This document shows positions 1 through 11,736 of a stretch of DNA of 64,000 nucleotides, piece after piece. Position 1 is the first letter of the stretch; each line of letters opens with the position of its first letter. The DNA is from Mobula hypostoma. Taxonomy: Eukaryota. A program made the translations under genes and the position numbers. The notes under the pieces are model-generated. The model was not told the DNA's origin. It ran no database searches and saw nothing but the letters and a program-made list of their open reading frames with translations. The stretch lies in assembly GCF_963921235.1 (NCBI RefSeq), contig NC_086107.1, positions 101,186,001-101,250,000 on the forward strand, read 5' to 3'.

Positions 1-808
1 TGGGTAAAGCACTGGAGTCGAAAGCAAGGATGGTGCTCTCAGCACCAGCTGCTGCTTAAAAACACTATTAATGCACCAAAGAGGTCCCGATGTTTGACGA
101 TAGAACACAAAGGACAGATAATCCAAAGTTCTGTCATAGATGAAAGAACGACAGAGAGATGCTGAGGTTTAGGAAGGAAGTTGCTGCCCTAGACAGCCCG
201 AGCAGTCAGAAATGGAGTCAGGTAATTTAGAAGGTTGTGTTAGTGGGTATTACAGAGGAGGGCCATGGAGGACTTTGAAAACGAGGATTTAAAATTGGAG
301 CATAATGTATGTGGGAACTGGTGACAGTGGGTGAGCACGGGGCAGATGGAAGGGGTCAGGGCTGCTGGTTGCCTCTTCTGTGACATTTTACACCCTCCCC
401 CGTCCCCTTCCTGGTGACACAGATTGAGGCCGTTCAGTGGCCAGCCTCTTCTGCCATTGTTAGATCAAGGCTGAACTGAATCTGACCCCATCTTCCCATA
501 ACCCTTCCCCGCACAGATCCATTCATCTCTGTGCTGACGTTTCACTTGCCTCCCAGCTCTGGGGAGGGGGTTGTCAGATTGCCACTCCCCTTTGTGTGAA
601 GGGCCACGCTCGAATTACATGCTTCTCAGGCTAGACCTCGCCAGAGGAAATGGCTTCCACTTACCCTATCAGCTCAGTGCGAGCACTTCTGTCAAGTCCG
701 CCCGGGCTCTGGGCCATCACTGCTGATGATTTAACCCTTTCAGGCCTGTGGTGAAATCCTGGCCCGGACTGAGAGAGTTTTCTGATCTCTGGCCCTTTTG
801 GTGTGCAG

Positions 809-956
809 GCAACCTGCGAGCGAAGCTTTATGGAGATGGAGAAATCCCACCAGAAGGCGATGGAGGAGCTGCAGAGGCAACACCAGCGGGAGTTGGAGAG
901 GGTCCAGCAGGAGAAAGAGCAGCTGCTGTCTGAGGAAACCAACGCCACAATCGCCG
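809..956 (+). CDS. TRIOBP: TRIOBP-like coding exon (C-terminal coiled coil): [49 protein letters not shown]
   Basis: Acceptor gtgtgcag at 801-808 and donor gtacga at 957; 148 nt, phase 0 to 1. The peptide resembles the TRIOBP/MPRIP 'CERS..EME.SHQ..MEELQR.H.REL...QQEKE.LL.EET.AT' segment (from recall). Upstream exons lie outside the window. Confidence 0.9.
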
Positions 957-2013
957 GTACGAACAGGGAGGCTTGCAGCTGGTGCTGGTGTGGGGGAAAA
1001 GGAGGGAGAGAGGCTGCATGCGGAAAGTAATCTCCCAGCAGGGCCCCTCCCAAGGGGGTGTCTCCTCCAAGACCCCTATCTTGTTACAACACAGCAGGAG
1101 GGCATTTGGCCCATTTAGTCTGTACCAGCTCTCAGAGCAATCCCACCAGTTCCTTTCACCCTTGTGTTTCCCTATAGCCTATACAATTTGTAAAGTGCAC
1201 TGTTGAAATGTAGCTATGGTGGCTGGGAATTTCAGAATCAGGTTTAATACCACCGGCATTGCAGCAGCAGTACAATGAAATACGTAATAAGAAGGAAAAG
1301 AAAGTGTAAATTATAGTAAGTATATATGTATTAAATTGTTAAAGTACACAAGTAGTGCAACAACTAGAAATGAAAATGTAGTGAGGCAGTGTTCATGGGT
1401 TTATTGTCCATTCAGAAATCAATGTGTTCATTCAGGCTTCTGTACCTTCTTCCTGATGGTAGCAGTGAGAACAGGGTGATGGGGGTCCTTAATGATGGAT
1501 CCCGCCTTTTTGAGGCATCGTCCCTTGAAGGTACCGCATACTGGATAATCTGGTGGCGTATTGTAGAGTAAGGGTTAACCATCGGTCAGGGATGATCATG
1601 TCCTTCTGAGGAAAGGGTCCTGACCCGTTACCTCGGTGAGTTGGTCTGATGATGTGGCTCCTCCGACAGTGAGGCACACCCTTAATGCTAGATCTTCTTC
1701 TTAAGTCTCCAGGGTATTTTGACCCCTCTAAGTATCTCTTAAATGTTATGAGAGTCCACCATCCCTTCAGACAGTGTCCAACAAGTTCCAGATTCCAACC
1801 AGTGGCTAAATTTTTTTAAAAATCCTCTGACCCTGTTGGGGCGTATTCTGGAGTTAGGGTATATAGCAAAGATTAATTTCAACAGCAAGCAATCTTCAGA
1901 TCTGAATGTGGATTGTAGATTGAAGTTAAAATGCAGCTTGGAACAGCAAGTTGCAGACTAGGGGAAAAAATTCCTCTGACCCCTTCTAACTCTCCTACTT
2001 CTTAACCCTGAGA

Positions 2014-2092
2014 CAGGGTTCCCAGCCTGGGGTCCACAGACCCCTCGGTTAATGGTAGGGGTCCCACGCATAAAAAAGGTTGGGAATCCTTG
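2014..2092 (+). mobile_element. ~80-bp hAT-like MITE
   Basis: Terminal inverted repeats cagggttccca.cc / ggttgggaatcc.tg; degenerate 8-bp flanks ccctgaga / ccctaaat. A reverse-oriented copy lies at 53490-53567. Confidence 0.6.
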
Positions 2093-3084
2093 CCCTAAAT
2101 CAATATTCATCATAAACACCTCTGCCAATGGGAAACGACCCTCACTATCCATAACATAGGTTTAATAAGATCCAGGCTGATCTTTTACCTTAGCACTACT
2201 TAGCCCCACATTGCTTGACTTCATTGACAGATTAAATGTTCCTTGATAAGTGATTAGCTAAACCAGTAGGAGGTTTCCCTTCATTAAGATTAGTAGAGAT
2301 TCTACTGAATGTCATCAAACCTGTCGTGAACAGAATCAGCAGTTTACAACAGCCACTCGGAAGAGGATGTGGCAAACCTGCCTGAGTCTGATTGGCAAGG
2401 AAAGTCTTGCTGGAAACAGAGTGTTAGGTGGGGTGGATTTAGGGAGGGGTTGATGGGTGTGTGAGAGAACCCTTAAACCCACATTAACCCATTCTGTTCT
2501 CACCAGCTACCCCAGATTCCTCCACTCGCCTTACACACTTGGGACAGTTTACAGCAACTTCCTGACCTGCGCAACTCTGGAACTGGGAAATCATGGTGTA
2601 GAAGTTTACAGATTGAATGCTGGAAAATGGGATTAATATAGAGAGATACTTGATATCTAGGATAAACTTGGTGGGCTGAATGGCCTTCTAGTCTGTTCTA
2701 TGATCATTGAGTCGCTTTCTGATTGGAGAAGCGGGTGTGTAAAGGGGGCAAATGTCTAGCATCTGTTTATTATATTTTATTGTAATCCTGTTTAACTCAC
2801 ATGAACTTCAGATCAAGAGGAATTAAATCCGCTTGACTGGCCAACAAATCTTTAACATTCTTACATTTATTTATTTTTATTGTTTTGTGCGGCTGTAACG
2901 AAGGGGTGGGAGGAGCCGGTGGGTCTAATATATTTGGATTGTTAGAAAATATTCGATAAGTTGTTAGACAGTTAACAGAGAGCAGAAGGTGAGAAGGCAA
3001 GGGGCATCTACCTTGGTTGTGTCGCCAAAAAAAAGCATCATCATAAGAATTGTTGCTGGGATGGGGGCTCAACAATCAATCAAT

Positions 3085-3352
3085 TTATTTACTTATTGAT
3101 TGATTGAGATATGGGGGGAACAGGCTCTTCGAGCCACAGCACCCAGTAACCCCCCGATTTGATCCTAGCCTAATCACGAGACAATTCACAATGACCAATT
3201 AACCAGTTCGCCTTTGGACTGTGGGAGGAAACTGAAGCACCCAGGGAAAACCCACACGGTCACAGGGAGAAGGTACAAACTCCTTACAGGCAGTGGTGGG
3301 AATTGAACCCAGGTCACCTGTGCTGTAAAGCGTTGTGCTAACCAGTACGCTG
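3085..3352 (-). mobile_element. tRNA-derived V-SINE (HE1-like)
   Basis: Reverse complement of the V core (gtttgtaccttctccctgtgaccgtgtgggtttt...ggtttcctcccacagtcc), B-box ggttcaattc and AT-rich tail. Confidence 0.65.
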
Positions 3353-3849
3353 TTTTTCAGTCCGTCTCACTGAACTGGTTGTGCTGGGTGTTTCCAGCAT
3401 TCTGATCTGCTTCCGGTTCGTTGCGGAGGCAGTACAGGGGTACAGCTGGTGGAGCCGCTGCCCCTCAGTGGCGTTGTCACAGGTTCAGTCCTGACCTCAG
3501 GTCTCATCTGTCTGGAATTTGCACATTTTCCCTCCTGACTGTGGGGGGGGGGGGTTCTGGTTTCCCCCCACATCCTAAAGATGTGCGGGTTAACAGGCTG
3601 TAACCTGTCCCCAATGTGTAGGTGCTGTGTAGAATCCGGAGGAAATGGAACTGGGATTGGAATTTAGTTTATTATCATTGTATATACTGAGATACTATGA
3701 AAAGTTTGCCTTGAGTGCTGTTCATACACAGTGTACTGAGGTAGAATAAAGTGTAACAGCTACAGGGAAAGTGAAGTGCAGGTATATAACAATCTACAAG
3801 GTAGATTGAAAGGTTAAGAACCCATGTAATCATAGTAGGGAACTCTTAC

Positions 3850-4250
3850 TACATCGGGTTAGAAGCTATCGAGCCTAGTGGTGCGTGCTTTCAGGCTTTT
3901 GTATCCTCCACGCTTTATAAGGGGGAGGAAGTGAGAATATCTGGGGTGGGTGGGGTCGTTGATTATGTTGGCTGCATTACTGAGGCAGCGAGAGGCGCAG
4001 GAGGAGGCTGCTTTCTGTGAGGCGCTGAGCTGTGTCCGCAACTCTCTGCAGTGTCTCGCAGTCACGTGCCGAGCATTTGCTGTACAAAGCCACTGGTGAA
4101 AACGAGATTGATGTGGAATTGTGTGTAGGGCTCTCACATACATCCACCAACTCCTCCCAGAACCTGTGCCCACCTGCACCGTACATTTCTGTGGCTCTAT
4201 TTCCTGCAACACTGTTTTCCGTTTCCAGTGTGTTCCTCTGTTACTGCCAG
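3850..4250 (-). mobile_element. Rex1/Babar-type LINE 3' fragment
   Basis: Minus-strand translation ends ...SRCLSNAANIINDPTHPRYSHFLPL..GGYKSLKARTTRLDSF, the typical C-terminus of this family. Confidence 0.6.
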
Positions 4251-4399
4251 CGCTGGGAGCAGTGATGTTACCTGGTGAGCCCTGGACCCCATCCTCACAT
4301 AGACGTTCCTTCTGTTCTCTCCGCTCCCACCCCTTCTCTGCGACTGAGACCATGCTCCTTTTCTCCAGTTCCGAACGGGGAGAGGTTCTGTCTCTACAG

Positions 4400-5015
4400 G
4401 CGCTGCCTGACTTGCTGAGAGTTTTTTCACCTAGAACCTGCCAGCCTTCTCCTTCCCATCCTCCCCCCACCATCTTTATAGGGCCTCTGCCCCCTCCCTC
4501 TTGTACTCAGTACCAGAGCCCATGAAGGCAAGTATGCCAAGTGCTATTTTTTCCACCACCCTGATGGCCACATACTCCTCTTACCTCTCCTCACCTGCCT
4601 ATCAGCTCCCCCTGGTGCCCGTCCTCCTTCCCTTTCTCCCATGGTCCAATCTCTTCTCTTATCAGCTTCCTTCTTGTCCAGCCCTTTGGCTTTTCCACCC
4701 ACGTGGCTTAACCTATCACCTTCTAACTGTAACAAACGGAAGGGTCTCGGCCTGAAACGTCGACTGTACCTCTTCCTAGAGATGCTGCCTGGCCTGCTGC
4801 GTTCACCAGCAACTTTGATGTGTGTTGTTACCTTCTAACTGTCCTTCTTCCTCTCCTTCCACCACCTTGTTCTGGGATTTTCCCCCTTCCTTTCCAGTCG
4901 TGATGAAGGGTGTTGGCCCGAAACGTCAACTGTTCATTCCTCTCCATAGATGCTGCCTGACCTGCCAGTTCCTCCAGCGTTTGGTGTGTAGTTGCTTCAG
5001 ATTTCCAGTGTCTCT
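4400..5015 (+). mobile_element. Penelope-like element terminal region with two hammerhead-like motifs
   Basis: Pyrimidine-rich terminal sequence that is the reverse complement of the element end at 18.1-18.5 kb; hammerhead-like motifs at 4740-4766 and 4895-4932. Confidence 0.65.
4895..4932 (+). ncRNA. Minimal type-I hammerhead ribozyme motif (C3-to-G mutant)
   Basis: CAGTC-GTGATGA-AGGGTGTTGGCCC-GAAACGTC-AACTG: stem I, core, stem II, GAAA and the GUC cleavage triplet. Confidence 0.6.
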
Positions 5016-5662
5016 GGTGGTGACAATTTACAGTGGCCAGTTAACCCCTACCAATCAAGAAGTAGCCGGAAGAACGTGCAAACTCCACACTTGACAGCAC
5101 CATAGGTCAGGATAGAACCTGTGTGATTAGTGAGGCAGTAGGTCTGCTAGTTACTAGTTAGTGTCACTGTTGGACAAACGGACTGGAAACCAGTGATACG
5201 TGGCCAATGGCGGGTGAAATGAGTTGTGATAAGGACAGGGACCTGGAAGAATTTGAAAATGGAGATGAAGATAATAAAATGAATGTGTTTCTGTAATGGG
5301 AGAAGGTCAGCAAGTGCAGAGCTTATGGGTGAATGTGATGACTCCATGCCTTCATTTAGCTTTGTGACAAATGGCTCTCAGTCTCAATCTCAAAAAGACC
5401 CAGGTCATTAATTGCCTGAGGGTCTGGAAGTAATTTGGAGAATGTGTAGCTTGGGTGGTTGATGGTTGGGTTGAGCTGTTCTCCGATCTTGGCCATTTAC
5501 TTGCAAACATTTCATGAGGAGACATCATCAGTGCGCTGTTAGTTGTCTTCTTGTGTGGTGACGAAACTTCTTGCGAGTGAGTTGCCAAGATCAGAGGGCC
5601 ACGCAACCCAGCATGAAGGGCCTGCTCCTGTCGTGGTTAACAGCCTGTGTTTCATGTGACAG

Positions 5663-5780
5663 CCATCGAAGCAGTGAAAAAGGCACACCGCGAAGAGCTG
5701 GAGAGGGAGATGGAGAAAATGCGCTGCACGCAAAGCATTGCGGCCAACAGCGATCTGGAGAGACTGCATAAGCAGCACCA
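5663..5780 (+). CDS. TRIOBP: TRIOBP-like coding exon: (A)IEAVKKAHREELEREMEKMRCTQSIAANSDLERLHKQH(Q)
   Basis: Acceptor tgacag and donor gtgagt; 118 nt, phase 1 to 2; joins the previous exon in frame. Missed by the ORF track. Confidence 0.9.
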
Positions 5781-7916
5781 GTGAGTACGGGTTAATGGTG
5801 TGGCTGGGGAACCCAATACACAGCCAGTGCAGTGCATTCCGATGGAGGCTGCTGGCTGCATTCCACTTGTATAAACTGTTTTATTCCTGTTCTTTGGGAA
5901 AACCAGTATATCTATTGGCACCAGGGCACAAACTAACCGAAAATAAACTCAGACAAATGCTGGAAATACTCAACAGGTCTGTGGAGAAACAGTTAAATCT
6001 TGCTCTGATGAAGAGTCATTGACTGGACACGTTGATCGCTTATTCCTCCACAGACGCTGCTTGAACAAGCCACGTGTTTCCAGCATCTTCCAACGTCTGC
6101 AGTCTTTGTTTTGATTTTCAACATGGACTCACTGAGTTGGACTTGGAACAACATTTATTTACTCAGCAAACTGAGCCTTGCATACACAGCACACCAGAGC
6201 AATCACTCCATAGTTTTAATCAAAGTGAAACTCTCCGAGGAGTCACAGAGTCGTACAGCAGAGAAACAGGCCCTTCAGCCCATCATGTTTATTCTGCTCT
6301 TTGTAACTACATATGCTGATCCCTTCTGGACCTTAGCAATTCAGGTACTTGTGGAGATGCTTCTTGTATGTTATGAGGGTCTGAACTTTCCCCAGCTCTA
6401 CAGGGAGCATGTTCTCATCTGTTAGCAAAAAACAACCCCCTCCACTCAAATCCCCTCTAAACCTCCCATCTCTCTCCTTGTCTGAGAACACCCACCAAGG
6501 AAAAAAAGCGCTTATTATCTGTCCCCTCATAAAGACCTCTATCAGGTCACCCTTCTTCCTCTGCTCCAGGCCCACCCAGTCCCTCCTCATGTCTGTAACA
6601 CTCCTTCCCAGCCATCATGCCAGTGAAACACAAGAGACCTCAGACGCTGGAACCTGCAGCAACTATCGGTCTGCTGGAGGAACTCGGCAGGTCAAGCGGC
6701 ATCCGTGGAGAGAAAAGGAATTGTCGACGTTTTGGATCCCGATTCGGGTTTTCAACTTGAAAAGCCGACAATTCCTTTCCTTCCGCAGACGCTGCTCAGC
6801 CCACCGAGATTCCTTGTTGCTGCTAGCCTAGTGAGTCTCTCCACCTCTCCGGTGCAATCATATCCTTCCTATAGTGTGGTGACCAGAACGGAACACAATA
6901 CTCCAAGCGTAGCCTAGACAACACTTTATAAAGCTGCAACACTGTGCCCCAATTCCTATATTCTCTGCTGTGGCCAGTGAAGAGAAGGGACCTTTATGTC
7001 TTCTTCACCTGTCTGGGGTTGCTGGGATAGCATGGCTCGAAGGGCCAGAAGGGCCCACTCTGCACTGTATTGCTAAATAAATAAATTATTTCAAGAATTT
7101 ATGAACACATCCCTCAAACTCTTCCTGTTCATACTCCCTAGTGTCCTACTACCTACTGATTACATCCCACCCTTGTTGCCTTTCTGAAAGACATCAGTTC
7201 ACTCTTGTCCATTTGCCATTATCCCACTTAAGTTTTCCAACTGATCTGTGTCCCTCTCCAGGCTGAAACGGCCTTCCTCGCTATCCACAGCACACAGCCA
7301 GTTTTGCATCGGCTGCAACTTGCTTATCGTATTTGTACATACATGCACAAACATAAGAGGGCAGAGGTCTGGAGAACACAACAAAGTTCTCCTGCTGAAA
7401 GCAGGGTGATACTTGCAGCAGAGTAGGGATTTCTACATAACACAAGTTAAGGGTGTAAAATCCATTCCAGTGGCAGCACGAAGATTACTGCACAGGACGG
7501 GAGAGCAAGCTTCAGATTTTGACTGTGGGTTGTATTTACACCATGGAAGGTCAGGATTTAAATTCCCAAAATTGTAAACAAAACTTTGGTATAGAAAGCT
7601 TCCCTTGATAATGGCAAACATTAAGCAGTAGGGTTGTTTTAAAGCTGACCGCTAGAGAAGCAAACCTAGCATTTGGAACATAATTGACTCCCAGCCCAGA
7701 ACGGTACACTTGATGCTTACCTCCCTGCTGATGTTGCCCAACAAACCACTCGGTCTGGGAGGCAACTAGGGATGGGTCATAAATGCGTGCGGTGCCCGTG
7801 ACTGGATAGGCTGTGTCTCCAGCTGTGATTGACAGGCGTTTCGCCCAGTCACGCGGAGGGATGGTGTGTTGGGTCTGCCGATGCAACTGCATATTCCGTA
7901 TCTGTCTGTGTCACAG

Positions 7917-8076
7917 GAAGGAGCTGCAGGTGCTGCAGCGGGAGCTGCAGGTGCTGTCGGAGCAGTACTCCCGCAAGTGCCGGGAGATCGACTGCCAGGT
8001 GAAGGAGACCCAGCTGCGGGAGAAGGACCTGTCGCGGAGCCAGCAGGAGAACAAGGAGCTGCTGCGGCAGAACCAG
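7917..8076 (+). CDS. TRIOBP: TRIOBP-like coding exon: KELQVLQRELQVLSEQYSRKCREIDCQVKETQLREKDLSRSQQENKELLRQNQ
   Basis: Acceptor tcacag and donor gtgatg; 160 nt, phase 2 to 0. Carries the family motif RELQVLSEQYSxKC; GC3 is very high. Confidence 0.92.
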
Positions 8077-8754
8077 GTGATGAGAAAGTGCTCTCTGTTT
8101 CCCGGCGGCAGCCCACCGTGTGGGAGAAGGCAGGGGTTGAAGCATTAATAGTACCCGGCAACACTCTGCTGATAGAGTGAGATCATTGAGATAATCTCCT
8201 AGGGTGTATAGTGTCAAAGAAGCAGGCCTTTCGGCCCACTGTGTCTGTGCTGACCATGGGGTGCCCACCTACTCCGATGCCGTTTTCTGTGCACACACTT
8301 TGCCATCACCTCTCACCCCACTGATCGCCCACCGCCTACACTAGGGGCAGTTGACAGCGGGCAGTTCATCCACTGACCCCGCACGTCTTTGGGATGTAGG
8401 AGGAAACTGGAGCACCCAGAGGAAACTATAGAGTCACATGGAGAACCTGCAAACTCCACACAGACAACACCTGAGATCAGGATTGATCTATGAGACACCA
8501 GCACTCATGGCTGCTGCACTGTGCCTGTGCTCCAGATCAACTGGGTGGCCTACAGGCCTAGGTAGGGTGAATCAGTCTCTTTTCCCCAGGGAACCAAAAA
8601 CTAGAGTGAACAGATTCAATGTGACGAGAAAACTTTAAAAGAGCAACTTACTAATGCATAGGGCAGTGTGTAAATGAGACAAGCTGTCAGAGAAAATAGC
8701 TGCAGGTACCGTAATAACATTCATTTGTATATATACTGTACATGGATAGGAAAG

Positions 8755-9565
8755 GTTCAGCATCAGAATCTGGTTTAATATCACTGGCGTTTGTTGTTAT
8801 GTGGCAGCAATACTTTGCAAAAAAACTGTAAATTTCAGTAAGAAGTGAGAAAAATTAAGTAGTGAGGTAGTGTTCATGGGTTCAGTGTCCATTCAGAAAT
8901 CGGATGACGGAGGGAAAAGCTGTTCGTGAATCGCTGAGTGTGTGTCTTCGGGCCTCTGTACCTCCTTCCTGATAGTAGCAATGAGAAGAGGGCATGTCCT
9001 GGGTGATGGGGGTCCTGAATAATAAATGCTGCCTTTTTGAGGTATGGCGCCTTGAGGATGCCCTGGATGCTGGCGAGGATAGTGCCCATGATGGAACTAA
9101 CCAAGTCTACAACTTTCTGCAGCTTATTTCAGCCCTGTGCAGTGGCCCCACCCCTGTACAGACAGTGATCCAGTACCCCACCGTACAGATGGTGATCCAG
9201 TGTCCCCCTCCCTGTACAGACAGGGATCCAGTGTCCCCCTCCCTGTACAGACAGGGATCCAGTGCCCCACCCCCCGTACAGACGGTGATCCAACCAGTTA
9301 GAAATCTCTCCAGGGCACGTAGGTAGAAATTTGCGAGTGTCTTTACTACAACTGCTGTCGTGCCTTCTGTGTGGCTGCATCGATATGCTGGGCCCAGGAA
9401 GAGACATTGACGTCCAGGAATTGAAATTGCTCACTTTTTCCACTTCTGATGCCGTGATGAAAGCTGGCATGTGTGCCCTCCTCTTGCCCTATCTGAAGTC
9501 CACGATCAGCTCTTTAGTCTTACTGATGTCGAGTGCAAAGGTTGTTCCCTGCAACACCACTCAAC
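8755..9565 (-). mobile_element. Rex1/Babar-type LINE 3' fragment with an internal minisatellite (9141-9292)
   Basis: Minus-strand translation KKAAFIIQDPHHPGHALFSLLLSGRRYR; five ~26-31-bp copies of ccctgtacagacagtgatccagtg. Confidence 0.65.
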
Positions 9566-10772
9566 CAGCTTAGAGGGATACCAGCCAAAAACAGGCAAAT
9601 AGGACCAGCTTAGGTAGGCAAAGAGAAGTTGGGCTGAAGTGTGTGTTTCTGTACCGTACTCTTCTCCTGCTTGGGCCCTTAGCTCCCTGTGCAGCATAGG
9701 CCATGTATGACCTCCCGTCTCCAGCATCCAAAGTCGATGACATGGTTGGAGTTCATCGATTCTTCTGTAATCCATTGCATCCACTGTACAGGGATTGTTC
9801 TGTACAGCTTCACCTGAGCCCTGTTAGCTGGCCTTACCCATTTCCACCTCTCATGACATGGACATAGAGTTGGACTTCCCATACCGAATTACTCTGACTC
9901 ATTGACTCCCACGCTGAGGATCCCTCTAGACTGAACCCAGAGCCTCAGTATTTAAATTTCTGGTCAGTGATTTCCAGGATGGGGGTGGGGGTTGGTGATG
10001 GGAACCCTGTAAAATATTACGCTGGGGAGTTAAACCTCTCTTGCTGGTGGTGATCACTGAGAGGCACAAGTGGAACTTCCATCGGTCTGTGTTTCGATGT
10101 TATTAGGGGTCAGGCTTTGTGCGGCGATGGGCTGCTTCATCCACCGAGGACCTGCAACTGGAATTGAGCACCCTTACAACTAGAGACCATCGAGGCAGAG
10201 CTGTCGGGGAGGTGTGGAGAATCGTTGTTAAGGAATGCCCTGCGTATTTGACTGGCAAGGAGTAGGATCTTCTCTGTTACTCCAAACCAGGCTTGTTGGG
10301 TAACCTGTGTTTCCTAATAAATGCACGTAGACTGTCTGGGTCAACTCATAAAAGTTTGATTACTGTATCCCTAAAACAGATCCTGCTCATTTCCCCAATG
10401 AGCCTCTAATCCCATTGTTTTATCCCTCCACTGCTCTTAAATAGCAGGAAGGAGGGAGGTAATCAGGAAATGGTGCAGCAGTCTAGAAAATCTAGTTAGC
10501 AGGAAACATTAGGGCAGATTTTCAATTTCCGGTCTGGCGGATGTGGGGAGGTTTGGTGTTCAGTAGGTGTAGAGTTTGTCTGACCGGTCCACATTCACTT
10601 CACTTGGGTAACCCAGGACACCAGCAGTCTGTTGGATCAGAAACTAATCCAGGACCCTTCTCTTCTCTTGAATGGGCGGAAAGACCCCAGAGGGGTGTCT
10701 CTAAAACAAGGCTCCTATGCCTTCTCCTTATTTACCCTGTTCCCACTATTTCGGAAAGTTGGAGAGGTAAGT

Positions 10773-11113
10773 GCACGGTGGCAGAACTGCTGCCCTACAA
10801 TGCCAGCGACTCCGGTTCAATCCTGACCTCAGGTGCTGTCTGCGTGGAGTTTGCACGTTCTCCCTGTGACCATGAGGGTTTCCCCCAGCGTTCCTGGTTT
10901 CCTTCCCCATCCCAAAGACATGTAGGTTGTTTGATTAATTAGCCATTGTCATTGCCCCTAACGCGTGGGTAAATTGTAGATTCTAGGGGGATCTGATGGG
11001 AACATGGGTGGAATAAAATGAGATTAGTGTAGGAGAAGTGGAAGTGATGGTGAGCATGGACTTGATGGGCTGAAGGGCCTGTTTCTGTTCTGAATGTCTC
11101 TATGATCATGACT
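10773..11113 (+). mobile_element. tRNA-derived V-SINE (HE1-like) with CR1-type tail
   Basis: B-box ggttcaatcc, V core ggagtttgcacgttctccctgtg, tail gggctgaagggcctgtttctg. Similar copies lie near 3430, 8210-8500, 14160, 16040-16300, 20050-20320, 20740-20960, 26560-26750 and 62130-62310. Confidence 0.7.
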
Positions 11114-11736
11114 TTTCCCAGACACTGTTCATACTTCAATCAGTATCACCAACAAACAGCTTTAACTGGTAACATTGTTGGGAAATATCTGCCTGAATCG
11201 TCTACATCACAACACTTCACGTTTCTCTAGGGGATGTAAGAAGTAGAATTTGGCCCCTTGTGTCTGCTCCACTGCTTTATAATATCATGACTGAAACTGA
11301 TTGTAAGAAACTTCGTGATGGCCTGAAGTGGGTGGTACAAATGCAACTTCACTTCCCTGTCAGGAATAGTTCATACTCAAAGTGATGAATGAATGAATAA
11401 GTGAATGGAATGGGTTTGGTCCATTGGAACTGAGTATAACGGGCTTGAATGGGAATTGATTCAAAGCATTGAAAGTTGTTACAATGAGAATGAATGGAGA
11501 GGGCCAGGTCAATCACAGTTCTGTACGGTGAATGGTTCACATACGGCTTGTGTTTATCAAAAACCAGAATGCTCTCAGAGGATTATGCTTGAAAAAGAGT
11601 AACTAAAAAGTTCAAAGTAAATTTATTATCAAAGTACGTATATGTCACCATATACAGCCCTGAGATTCATTTTCTTGCAGGGATTCATAGTAGCATAAAG
11701 AAATACAGTGGAATTAATTGAAAACTACATACAAAG

